Source: Squalus acanthias (taxonomy: Eukaryota). Taken from it: a stretch of DNA of 64,000 nt. The stretch is taken from the NCBI GenBank assembly GCA_030390025.1, contig JASTWF010000031.1:3596001-3660000 (forward strand), in the 5' to 3' direction. The translations under genes were made by a program, and so were the position numbers. The stretch's first letter is position 1; every line of letters starts with the position of its first letter. The notes under the pieces were generated by a model. That model was not told the DNA's origin. It was given only the letters and a program-made list of their open reading frames with translations, and did no database searches. Shown one piece after another: positions 22,865 to 35,437 of the stretch.

Positions 22865-24609
22865 CTGGCAGCATTAATGTTGTGCTTTTTATTTCTGAGA
22901 CAGACCTTCCTAATGCCAGACCCACGAATTGACCACTTGTGAAAGAAAAGTGTATTATCATGCAGTTACCAGCCCAGCCCGATATAAATGCCTGTAGAAT
23001 TGCTATTCCTTTGCTTAGTTTCAAGATCAAGAAACAGAAAAAGCCAACATGTCTTTAAAAAAAAACTCCCTTGTGTTGTAATGCACTTAAACTTGATTGC
23101 GTGAGTTGAAGAGAGAGGGTTAGGAAAGGCTTTCTATTGTCAATAATACTCTTAGTTTCCTTAGTTTCTATTGTGATGTTGTAAGTCAAGGTGATCACAG
23201 ATAACTTGTCACATTGTCAGACCAAGCCCACCATTTGAATTAAACAAACTTAAAGTACCCTGCTGTCAGTCGGTGGTTTCGACAGCAGAGCACTATTTTG
23301 CCAGAGGCAAAATTTTATGCGTGCAATTTTCTTCCTCATTGAATGGGTGTTGGGAAAGTGAAGACGCTCATTAAGATGAAGTAACATTGCCTATGTCTGT
23401 GATTTCAACATGCATGAAGCAGGGCTCTCACTCAAACCTTCATAAAGTTTTTAACTGCTGTAAGGTGAAGACCCTTTATAACAAAGCGCTCTGAATAGCG
23501 TTGCCTGAGCAATACAAATGAGAGGGCACCTGTTTGCTGCTGATTTTTAGGGCCAGTGCTTATTTTGCCATGAGGCAAAATGAAGTCGTGAGATAGATAC
23601 AGATGTGCTGAAACCAATAATTAAACATTGCGATTGAGCACTTAGATTGTTATCAGTTATTACAATCTGTCCATTATAATTAACCTACTAGCTGGTTCCA
23701 GCTGCAGTTTTATTTTTTGTGTCTTTGCCTGAAGATACTGCATTAGTCTCGATACTTTGCTTAAAAACATTATTTCCTGATTAATGTGGTGGTGTGTATG
23801 CAGCAGAATCGCATTACGCTCACCAAGGCTTCTGCCAGGCTTTTTAAGGAACAAGTCCGCCAACACTTAGCTTCTGTTTTGGAGGGTCTCAAGACAAACT
23901 GGGGAATCTGATACACAGGTGGGGGATTTGACACATAGAGCAGAGGGATTCATCATATCAGGCTGATTACCTCCTTCAAAAATGAGCATCAGGAATAAAA
24001 GAAAGCAGATTTTCCACAATAGCAAGTCAAGTTTGAGCAAATTGTGGTTCTGCATGTGGTCTAATAAATTAAAGATGACGTTCAGATTATTGCAGCACTA
24101 AAGATTATTGCAGCACTGTCAGTGGGAGCCAGACTTGGAGTGAAGCATAGTGCTGCTAAAACAGAAAGCCCAGTGTGTTATTCAAGCATTGCTATTTAAC
24201 TGCAGAGGATAAAATGGAGACTCACGATCCCACAGCTAGCTTAACAAAAGGTATGTACAATAGATCATGACAGTTGAAAAGCCTGGATACAACCTGCTTG
24301 AAATATAACAGTATTGTGTTTGCCAATAATGAACAAGCAGTTGCAGCACTGTGTACCTATAGCGCACAGAACAATAAGCAGATCCAATTTGTAATGATGG
24401 CTTCTACATTATGAAAGCTGGATTAACAATGCTTGTTTTTATGTGGTGCCATATCACGTCGAAACATCTCAAAGCATTTCACACAGTGAATTACTTTTGA
24501 AGTGCAATGAATGTTGCTGTGTAGGCAGATTATAATTGAAAATAAATTCTTGTCTACTATCCGGTAGCCACTCTTTAATAGATAATCTGTTCATGGAAAC
24601 ATAATATGT

Positions 24610-25185
24610 AAGTTCAATTTATATAGAACCTTGATTAGACCACAGTTGGAGTAGCGTGTGCAGTTCTGGTCTCTATATTACAAAAAAATAAATATTGAAG
24701 TACTGGAAAAAGTGCAGAAAAAATTACAAGGATTTTACCAGAATTGAGAGGATGCAAATATTGAGCCGGCTTGGCTCTCTTCTCTGGAGAAGAGACAACT
24801 AAGAGGAACCTGATAGAGATCTTTAAAATTATGAAGGGGTTCGATAAGGTGGACGTGGAGAAACGGTTTCCACTTGTGGGTGAGTCTAGAACAAGGGGGC
24901 ATAAACATAAGATGCCCCCAGATCAAATAAAGAATTTAGGAGGAATTTCTTTAAACTGAGTGGTGAGAATGTAGAACTCACTGCCACATGGAATGGTTGA
25001 AGGAGATAACATTGACACATTTAAGGAGAGGCTCGATGCATACACGAGGGAGAAGGAGTAGAGGGATATGGGGCAGGGTGGGATGAGGTACTTAGAGTGG
25101 AAGAAGACTTGTGTGGAGTATAAACACCGGCATAGACCAGTTGGGTTGAATGGCCTGTTTCTGTGCTGTCAATTTTATGCAATGT
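24610..25185 (+). mobile_element. CR1 LINE 3' fragment
   Basis: LYRTLIRPQLE..VQFWS; LIEIFKIMKGFDKVDVEKRFPLVGESRTRGHK; CR1 3'UTR. Confidence 0.85.
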
Positions 25186-26085
25186 TCACAATGGAGGGAT
25201 TCTTCTGTAGGACCGATTATTTTCATTTCATTTAGCAGTGCTTTACCTTAATATTTTTACTTTGTCATCATTAATTACAGTTTTTGGTTTCTTTTTGAAG
25301 ATGTGAGATTTACATATAATAAAATGCAACTGCGTCTGAAAATAAGCGAGCCTTATTACATTGGTTAAATGGATGTGTGAGCTGATTGAGGACGCAAAGG
25401 TTTCAATATTTCCCCTGGGATCATGATACTGGTATTTTATCCAGATTAATCCCCCTGCCTCCCCAATCGTGGGCATTCATTGAGAGTTTGCACTGGTAAT
25501 AAAATTTCTGAATGCTCCCACTATCCAATACTTCACTGCCAGGGCCTACTCCAATATTATGTGGGAGAAGGTGAGTGAGATTAATATGGGTCGTATCTGC
25601 GCTATTCAGCTGTGTAATGTTTCTGTCCCGCCTGTATGAAAAAAAATAGTTGAGGCTATGCTTAGACAAAGCTCCCAAGAATTATTATTTGTGCATTAAT
25701 TATTTGTTCCAAATTGAACTGCAATATATGATGAGACTCAATACTAAACAACAATCAGAAACCTTAAAAAAAAGACTTGCATTTATATAACACCTTTCCA
25801 ACGTCAGGATGTCCCAAATGCTTTACAGACGATGAAGTACTTTTGGAAGTGTAGTCACTGTTCTAATGTAGAAAATTTACTGTCAGATATATTTTCTCAC
25901 CATTCACCCTAGTATTCAGAGTTTCTCACACACCCCCTAGAGTGAAAGGAGATATTTCAATTACATTTCAAGACCATTATGTACTGTCAATATGATTACA
26001 GTGTAATTCATAAGAACTAGATACACAGCTTTTGTGTGCGTACTATTCCTTGTGTAATAGTCCTTAAAATGGCACTAAAGATAGT

Positions 26086-26643
26086 GGGGGAGAAATTCAC
26101 TATCGCTCCGTTTGGGCCGCTAATTTTTAAAAGTTTGAAAAGTTAGCGCCAGGCGCTAACGGTTTCAAACTTTTGAAAAATTCGCCGTTAGCGCTCCAAG
26201 AAGGAAGTGGCGCGCTAAATCAAGCACTCCACTTCCTTCTTGGGGCGCAATCGGCAGCAGGCGGGGCGGAGACTTCAGCAGCGCTGCACACTGGGCCGTG
26301 CAGCGCTGCCGCGTTCAAAGGCTCCTTCCCTCCCTTAAAGGGAAGGGCCATCGCTGCAGGCTCGGCAATAGAAAAAGTACCTACCTGGATCACCAAGACA
26401 GCCGCAATCCCGCGTGATCAGCCCGGCACTCAAGCAAAGTGCCGGGCTGAAACTGGAACAAGAAAGGTACGTTTTTTTTTACTTACCTCGGCCACCTCAC
26501 CTTTAATCATTGCCCCCGAAGCGGCCGGCCGAATATGGCTGGAGTCGATGTCAGCGCCGCGCCCGGTCGTAAAGCCATTTGCGCACCGTTAGCGCCCCCT
26601 GGGGGTGTTAACGGGAGGCGCAAATGCACCAAATTTCACCCCC
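26086..26643. mobile_element. Harbinger-like MITE related to family A (opposite orientation)
   Basis: TIRs GGGGGAGAAATT / AATTTCACCCCC, TSD AGT. Subterminal AACGGGAGGCGCAA is the reverse complement of the left ends at 450 and 1654. Confidence 0.85.
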
Positions 26644-27224
26644 AGTATGTGTTGCGGCAAATTCATTCCCATTTCATTGGCACAATAATTAGTTTGGAGC
26701 ATAGCATAATATATCAGAATTATAATCTCAATCAATTTTTTTTAACAAGATTATTATATAATTAAATATTCCTGAAAGAAAATTGATGGTGCTGTGCAAC
26801 TTTGATTGTGCTACCATACATTAGTGTTATAATACTGCTGTATATAACCACAAGATTCAGGATTTTTTGTACACTTTCTAATGTAAAAGGTCTTATTTTA
26901 ATCACATTTTAAGCCCATAATCTATTGTCAGCGTGATTAGGGTGCGATTTCCCCATTTCATTAAATATCCACAAGATCACGTGAATGTCATTGCACTATC
27001 TTTCCTGTTTCATTCTTATTCCTTAATATTGCTTTTATGATCAGCTTGCAAGTCTGTACGTAAATATATGGAACCTGCAGCCTTTTGTGAGGCTGTAGGG
27101 GGAGAAAAATGTAGATAAGGTACCGTGTTTATTAGCAAACAAACAGAAAACAAATCAGAAGAGGTCGTATTGTTGATGCATAAAGCTTCATCAGACCCCA
27201 TCGGTAGTAGTGTGTGTAGACTCA

Positions 27225-27730
27225 TCGCCCAGTGAGAGAGGACTTGTTACTGCCCTTGAAGAGACCAATAAAGATTTCTCTAGATATCAGGAATTTAAAG
27301 TTACAAGGAAAGATTAAGGAGAATGGGTTTGGTTTCTTTGGAAAAGAAAAGACTTTGAGGTGACCCAAATTACGTTTTCAAGATTATGAAAGGTATTGAC
27401 AAAGTAGATCCAGGCAAATTGTTCACTGTGGTAAGAAGTTCAAATATCAGAAGACACAAGTTAAGAATTAAATAATTCAGGAGTAAGATGGGTGGAAATA
27501 TTTTACACAAAAGGTAATCGACTTGAGGAATAAATTACCAGAGGGAGACTTTTAAAGCATAAATAATTGGATAGTATATAAATGAGTTCAAGGGAAAACT
27601 ACATGTCTTTCATGAGAGAGAGGAGATTGAGAGATAAGATGAGAGCGCAGGTAGGTGGCTGGAAATCAATCAAAAAGGACAGGTTTACTGGACCTAAAGG
27701 CTTTTTTTGATTCCTAAAACCACTTGTGTT
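27225..27730 (+). mobile_element. Old CR1 LINE 3' fragment
   Basis: GLVSLEKKRL*GD...VFKIMKGIDKVDPGKLF; FTQKVID.RNKLP. Confidence 0.7.
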
Positions 27731-28424
27731 GTTACTCATCTCAACAATAGCTTGGGACTGGTGTTAGCATAAACTTCACACTTGTATAAAGTTAGACTTT
27801 GTATGGATTTAAGTTATTTATAAGTTATTCACTTATTTATAGCTTAGATTTTCATTGTATTTTCATCTAAGCATTGTGAATGTACAGCCAGGTAATGGAA
27901 AATATATATTTTTATAACATTTTATTTAATCATATTCTACCGTTAATGAAAAAATAGTTTCTGATATCTCTCTAAAATGTTATTAGCTACAAATTGCTTA
28001 CGTGCTCAAAAGTAAAAGCTTCAGTATTGAACAGATGATGTGCTGTGATGTCAGCAGGACTATTGGTACACATTTGGATATGAGAGCACTGCAAAATATC
28101 TGACCTTTTACCTGCTAATGTGATTGAGGAACCACACTGACTAATGGCAACTGGATTGGAATGATTAGGAGCCAGCTCACATTATTTAATTGACTTGTAT
28201 CATTTCTGAGTGTGTTGTGGAACTCTTCCTGTCCACGGTTTTCCCATAGTTATGATTTTCAAAATTAGATACACTTAGAAACAACCTAGTAACAATTTTT
28301 ATTTTATTTGCACACTGACTTAATATACCTGCATATTTATGTACAGACACATGTACATATCAGACAGGTTATAGGAAACAATCACCATAGGAATGTGGTT
28401 TGGCACCACACGGTCTCTGGAAGC

Positions 28425-28493
28425 AAATAACATTGGCAGGGCAGACAAAATAACATTGGCTGGACAGACAAAATAACATTGGCTGCGGCAAAC
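28425..28493. repeat. 23-bp tandem repeat x3
   Basis: Unit AAATAACATTGGC(A/T)GG(G/A)CAGACA; third unit degenerate. Confidence 0.85.
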
Positions 28494-28539
28494 AGGATCT
28501 TTGACTCACCAATTTTCCTGCTCCTTGTAGGGCTTGATT

Positions 28540-28930
28540 TTTTTTTAATTTGTTCTGGAGATGGGCACAATGCTGGTATAGCCACATTCATTTCCCATCT
28601 CTTGTTGCCGTAAGAAGGTGATGGGCCTTCTCTTTGAATTTCTGGATGCTGATTGTGCTCCCAGATTGGTGACTGTAGTGATTGTTTTACAACGGAGTGG
28701 CTTGTTAGAGACCATTAGGATCAGCTATATTGCAGGACTGGTGTTACCTGTAGGGCAGATTGGGTCGGCAAGTTCCCATCGCTGAAGGAAATAGTAAACT
28801 AGTTGTTTGAGTATTAATTATCATAAATTATCAGATTTAATTAATTTAATTTCATAGGATTTAAAGTAGGATTTAAAGCCACAACATCTGGGTTACTAGT
28901 CTAGTATCATAACCACTACACTATCATAAC
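28540..28930 (-). mobile_element. Degenerate tRNA-derived SINE with LINE-type tail
   Basis: Minus-strand head GTGTAGTGGTTATGATACTAGACTAGTAACCCAGA. The tail resembles the LINE 3' end at 62305-62420. Confidence 0.5.
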
Positions 28931-29662
28931 CATCCCTATGGTTACCTCACAGTTCCCAGGCAGCAGAACACCCATTTCTTGAAATCTCATTTGAGTGCGG
29001 TGACTGGTAGGACAAATGCCTACCTGGACTACTGAGCTCAGCATTTTTGCACCAATATTGTTAAATCAAATAGTTGTCAGACATGGTTCAAAATGTAAGT
29101 CAGAAAGGTACCACTGAAAAACATGGGTTGGGAAATTCCTTAGAGCTGGTCCTGTTTCGCTGTAGTAATTACACCGGAATTTTGGCGGAAACCCCATTTA
29201 TGTGGTAAGCAAGGTTTCCGCTGGACCTACGGCGCTATATAAATCCAAGTCTGTCTTTATTTCAAAATGTTCCATTCATTTTGCAAGATGTCGGCACTGG
29301 TGGGATTATCTTTACTGTGCTGGTTGAGGCTATTGGGGAGATTAATGTGGTCTAATTACCCACAATTACCCAAACATTAACACATGATTAAGCACTTCTT
29401 CATATTTATCTTTACTGCCAGTGGAAAATTTAACAGAATTCTGCAAATTGAACCGTTGGACTAGAAATAAAAGACTCGTGATTATTCTGATGAAGTAGCA
29501 TGATTTCAGCAAGTAATAAATGACAATTTGCTGGAACAATGCAGTTCATTTTCCCCTCATTTCACATATTTTCTTCGTAATGTGTGTGTGAGTGAGGGCA
29601 GTGATGCGTGGTCCCTTGCAATACCTTCTGATGTCTGATATTACAAATTTTTATTTCACACA

Positions 29663-31893
29663 ATCCTGAACTTAAACAAAGGTAATTACAAAAGTATGAA
29701 GGCAGACTTGGTTAAAGTGGACTGGGAAAATATATTACAGGGTAAGACTGTAAAAAGCAGCGGCAAACATTTAAGGAGATATTTCATAACTCTCAGCAAA
29801 GATATATTCCAGTGAGAAAGAAAGACTCTAAGAGAAGGATGAACCATCTGTGGCTAACTAAGGAAGTAAAGGATGGTATCAAATTGAAAACAAAAGCAAT
29901 GTTGCAAAGAATAGTGAAAGACCAGAGGATTGGGAATTTTTTTTAAACCAGCAAAGGATGACTAAAAAAATGATAAAGAGAGAGAAGATAGCTTATGAGA
30001 GTAAGCTAGCAAGAAATATAAAAACAGACAGTAAGAGCTTCTACAGGTATATAAAAAGGAAGAGAGTAGCTAAAGTAAATGTTGGTCCCCTAGAGGATGA
30101 GTCTGGGGAATTAATAATGGGAAACAGGGAAATGGCGGAGACTTTGAACAAATATTTTGTATCGGTCTTCACGGTAGAAGACACTAAAAGCATCCCAATA
30201 ATGGATAATCAAGGGGCTATTGGGGTGGGGGGTAACTTGAAACAATCACTATCACTAGAGAGAAAGTACTAGGCAAACTAATGGGACTAAAGGTGGGCAA
30301 GTCCCCTGGACCCGATGGCCTGCATCCTAGAGTCTTAAAAGAGGTGGCTGCAGAGATAGTGGATGCATTGGTTGTAATCTACCAAAATTCCTTGGATTCT
30401 GGAGAGGTCCCAGCGGACTGGAAAACTGCAAATGTAACACCCCTGATAAGAAAGGAGGGAGACAGGAAGCAGGCAACTATCGACCAGTTAGCCTAACATC
30501 TGTCATTGGGAAAATGCTGAAGTCCATCATTAAGGAAGTGGTAGCAGGACATTTAGAAAATCATAATATAGTCAAGCAGAGTCAGCATGGTTTTATGAAA
30601 GGGAAATCATGTTTGACAAATTTGCTGGAATTCTTTGAGGATATAACGAGCAGGGTGGATAAAGGGGAACCAGTAGATGTCATGTATTTGGATTTCCAGA
30701 AGGCATTCGATAAGGTGCCACATAAAAGGTTACTACACAAGATAAGAGCTCACGGGGTTGGGGGTAATATATTAGCATGGATAGAGGATTGGCTAACTAA
30801 CAGAAAACAGAGAGTTGGGATAAATGGGTAATTTTCAGGTTGGCAAACTGTAACTAGTGGGGTGCCGCAGGGATCAGTGCTGGGGCCTCAACTATTTATA
30901 ATCTATATTAATGACTTGGATGAAGGGACTGAGTGTAATGTAGCCAAATTTGCTGATGATACAAAGATAGGTGGGAAAGCAAATTGTGTGGAGGACGCAA
31001 AGAATCTCCAAAGGGATATAGATAGGCTAAGTGAGTGGGCAAAAATCTGGCAGATGGAGTTTAATGTGGGAAAATGCGAGGTTATCCACTTTGGTAGGAA
31101 AAATAAAAAAGCAAATTATTATTTAAATGGGGAGAGATTAGAAAATGCTGAGGTACAGAGGGATCTGGGGGTCCTTGTACATGAATCACAAAAAGTTAGC
31201 ATGCAGGTACAGCAAGTAATTAGGAAGGCAAATGGAATGTTGGCCTTTATTGCAAAGGGAATGGTGTATAAAAGTAGGGAAGTCCTGTTACAACTGTACA
31301 GGGCGTTGCTGAGACCACACCTGGAGTACTGCGTACAGTTTTGGTCTCCTTATTTAAGGAAGGATATACTTGTATTGGAGGCAGTTCAGAGAAGGTTCAC
31401 GAGGTTGATTCCGGAGATGAAGGTGTTGTCTTATGAAGAAAAGGTTGAGCAGGTTGGGCCTATACTCATTGAAGTTTAGAAGAATGAGAGGGGATCTTAT
31501 TGAAACATATAAGATTCTGAAGGGGCTTGACAGGGTAGATGCAGAGAGGATGTTTCCCCTCGTGGGGGAATCTAGACCTAGGGGGCATAATTTCAGAATA
31601 AGGAGGTACCCTTTTAAATCGGAAATGAGGAGGAATTTCTTCTCTCCAGAGGGTCGTGAATCTTTGGAATTCTCTTCCCCAGAGAGCTGTGGAGGCTGGA
31701 TCATTGAATATATTTAAGGTGAAGATAGACAGCTTTTTGAAAGGTAAGGGAGTCAAGGGTTATGGGGAGCGGGCAGGGAAGTGGAGTTGAGGCCAAGATC
31801 AGATCAGCCATGATCTTATTGAATGGCGGAGCAGGCTCGAGGGGCCAAATGACCTACTCCTGCTCCTACGTCTTATGTTTCTTATGTTCTTAT
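29663..31893 (+). mobile_element. 5'-truncated CR1 LINE with nearly intact RT (pseudogenised)
   Basis: KSPGPDGLHPRVLKE; QHGFMKGKSCLTNLLEFFE; YLDFQKAFDKVPH; PQGSVLGPQLFIIYINDL; KFADDTK; few frameshifts or stops; (CTTATGTT)n tail. Confidence 0.95.
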
Positions 31894-32010
31894 AACTTGC
31901 AGGGCTACGGGGATAGAGCGGGGGAATGGGACTGACTGGATTGTTCTACAGAGAGCTGGCACAGACTCGATGGGCCGAATGGCCTCCTTCTGTGCCGTTA
32001 TGACTCTAAA
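31894..32010 (+). mobile_element. Second CR1 subfamily 3'UTR, adjacent to the previous tail
   Basis: Homologous to 8003-8190 (TTGCAGGGCTACGGGG...GGCCGAATGGCCTCCTTCTGTG). Confidence 0.75.
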
Positions 32011-32839
32011 TAAGTATCGATCACGAGCTTTTATTTCCAGTGCTTTGTGTGTGTTGCAGAGGAAATGGCAAAACATGATCAGTGAAGTTATTTCTTTCCA
32101 TGATGATAAAATCAAGGGTATCAATTAAAGCAACCATTTCCATTCTTGTATGTGTTTTATTTCTAAATTAAGAACTGTGACATTGAAAGGTATTCCCTTT
32201 TAGAGTAATATGTGGCATCAATGGTGTTGCTAACACAGAGGCCAAGGCAGGCTCAAAACCTTAAAAGGTATATAATACTTTAAAACATAAATGATTACAT
32301 TGGTGGCACCCATTAGCTTTATCTATTTGAATGTGCAAAAAAAAGTTTTAGATTTGATGCAGGAATAGAAAAATTCAACAATATTTCTCCATGTGCACTT
32401 GTTTGCTATAGGAGCAAGGGAGGCTGCAAATGTGAAGGAACTCTTAAATTGCTTTTATATGTTATTTGGTAAAGTTTTCTGAACCTTTAATATAGTCCCG
32501 TTAGTCATTTTTTTCATACAATATATCTGAAATCTGTATTCATTATTTTTAGAAAATATTTTGGTCCCCATTCATTTTTTAAACTTTAGGTAAGTTTAGT
32601 TTCAAAGCAGCTCAGCTGTAATATTTTATTGCTCAGGGGATACAACATGAAAGAACATATACCAGAGAGACCAGCCACTCCCAATATACCACATCTGCAG
32701 ACCTTGGTGTACCTACCTGCCGACGTTCCAGCAGAACTTTGCAGCATAGAGATGGCACTGCAGAGGTTGGCAAGGTCACCAGTGCCCTCAACCTTTGTGC
32801 CTGTGGCTCATTCCAAGCCACCATTGCAATATCAATTAT

Positions 32840-34233
32840 AGGCCAGAATTTTGCGGGGGAAGGGGGTTGGGGGGGGGGGGGTCAGCGGGCACGATTGGTG
32901 GCGGGTCGGGTGGGAAAGTGTTTTTTTTTCACAGTAGGTCAGGACCCCGCTGTGAACCCACCGGCATGCACCTTTCCCGATGTCAGGTCTGTCAGCGCTG
33001 AGCAGATCCGACGCGCAGCGCCAGGGGACCCAATTCAGATAATTAGTGGCTTGTTTAGAGCCACTTAAAAATGATTTTCATCTTACCTTTTGCATTTGAC
33101 AGCTCGCCCACGGGGTCCACGCTGGTCGTGGACCATGTATGTCAAACTGAGGCGGGAGGTTAGTGGCCATTGAATCAGCTGTTGAGTTCACAGCTTCAAA
33201 TGTAAAGTAAAAGCTACCACCTTATAGAGATACCTCCCCTCAGCCACAAGCTCTTCCTCACTGCATTTCCACAACAGATTCATCATGCTGCAAGTCTTTA
33301 CACAAGTCTCCACAGTCTGACCTCATTACCTCTCTCACCATTGACAGATCGCTTCACCTGCCATCTATTCCATCAGCATGGGTGCCCTTTATACTCTCTC
33401 ACCTTGGTCCTCAGAAACCCACCACGATCAGCCCCAACACCAGCAGCCTGAGGCACACCAGCAGCACCAACAATGACACCAATCTTCTCCGCAATTAACT
33501 GATGCGGCACAAGACACAGGGCATCAGCACCCGACCACATTGCTGCCCGGGAGGCCAGGGATGGCCAGATTTACTTCACTTGACGCTGTACACCCTGGCT
33601 GCTACATGATGCGTCAGGTTGGCACCACCCCACACCAACACCGTAAAGCATCCCTGCAATGCCCAAGCCATTCCTTTCACACTCATTACGATTGCGGGGG
33701 GTACCGTTATGTCTCACCATTCACTGCAACTCACTAAGCCACTTCCAAAGGTGCACACAAATCTGTCTAAGAACGCAAAGTGTTGAAAAATAAAGATTTC
33801 AATGTTTGACACCACATTATACATGAACATTGCATAAAACACCCAAGTGCCTACCCTTGTATGTTAGTTGGTATGGTATATTGGTATAGGATGAGGGTGA
33901 GTGTGAGGGGTGGCTAGTGAGATGGGGATGTGATAATATAGATAGAGAGGGCTGAGTGGAGGTCCAAGGTAAGTTGGTGTGAGTAAGGATGTGCAGGAGT
34001 AGGGTAGGGAAGGCAGAGTGATGGGGATGTGATGAGTGGCACAGCAGGATGAGGTTGAGTGTGGCTTTGTACTAACATTTCCTGATCTAATGAGATCATT
34101 GAAACGTTTGTGGCTCAACAAGGTCAATCAAGGGAAAATACAGTGGGTTGGCCACATCTCGATGGAGGCGGGTTCACAAGCCAGAATGTGTGATTCCCGA
34201 CCCCAACCTGACCCCAGATTCAAAATCCAGCCT
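32840..34233. mobile_element. Internally deleted Harbinger transposon
   Basis: TIRs AGGCCAGAATTTTG / CAAAATCCAGCCT, TSD TAT/CAT. Minus strand HKRFNDLIRSG followed by a donor at ~34075-34110 matches the Myb exon end at 3015. Q/H-rich + strand remnant at 33378-33575. Confidence 0.7.
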
Positions 34234-35189
34234 CATCTCTACATCTACTCTCTCAAAACCCTTTCATAATCTTAAAGACCTCTATCAGGTCATCCCTCAG
34301 GCTTCTGTTTTCTAGAGAAAAGAGCCCCAGCCTGTGACATGGAATCTTGTTACATCTACCTGGTACATGGTACTGTTGATTAGTCTTACCTTGTCAGATT
34401 GCTCGCTGTGCGCTCTTTTCTCCTGTATTTGTTCAAAGTTCCTGCAGGGCCTGTAGACAGTATTCCACGTGGCCACTAGCTCCCACGGGGCATGGTGCGC
34501 TATCATGTCCTGGGAAGTGTTCCCCAGAATGCTGAATAGTGCAACCCTCCTCACACCGACCTCATGCAGCAGAATGGTATCACTAATCAAACAGGGGCAT
34601 GGGGGGGAGCGTTGCTCTGTTATTCAATTCAATTTTGCAAATGCTTTACTAAATTTTTGCGCCTTTAAAAAGACTCACTTTAAAAAAAATCACTTTTACA
34701 TTTATCCCTTTAATTTTGACCAGCAGTCCTTCAAGGGCTGCATGGTCCCAATATTCTGCTGGGCTCTCTTCGTCACACTCAGTGCACAGGGAGCATGTGA
34801 GCTGGCTTTGTAGCATCCAACGAGCTCAGCTCATCAGTCTGCGGACACGGGATTTAACCTTGCACAACAGTCCTGGTGACCTTTTCAGCTGCGACTGCTG
34901 ACTTAGCATTATAATTCCAGAGCACTGATATTGTTATTATACCTGACCTGTTAACGTGAGTGTTGGCTCCTAAAGCTTATTCAATAATATCACTTTCGTC
35001 ATGCTGCCTGTGTTAAATTGGCCATGCGCAACTGGGTATTCCAACTTCCTCTGAAATTGCCATCTATAAAAGGCATCACAAGGACGTACTTATGTGTTGC
35101 ATAAATATCTGAGCATTTTCGCATTGTTCTTTCCAAATATTTTGAGGTAGCAAAATGTAAATTCTCCAATTTTGTTAATTTGGGGAATG

Positions 35190-35437
35190 CAGGAGAAACA
35201 TCTTTACCCAGAGAGAGATTAGAATGTGGAACTCGCTACCACTGGGAGTAGTTGAGGCGAATAGCATAGGTGCATTTAAGGGGTAGCTAGATAAACACAT
35301 GAGAGAGCGAAAGGAATAGAAGGTCGTGCTGATCGGGTGAGATGAAGCGGGATGAGAGGAGGCTCGTGTGGGGCATAAACAACGACATAGACCAGTTGGG
35401 CCGAATGGCCTGTTTCTGTGCGATACATTCTATGTAA
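35190..35437 (+). mobile_element. CR1 3' end
   Basis: FTQR..RMWNSLP...AFKG.LDK; 3'UTR as at 24950-25180. Confidence 0.8.

Noticed and set aside
24214-24256. ATG...AAAAG|GTATGT as an alternative first exon
   Set aside because: Coding length 37 nt (phase 1) is incompatible with exon 2 (phase 2).
28425-28493. CRISPR-like repeat array
   Set aside because: Eukaryotic context, no unique spacers, no cas genes.
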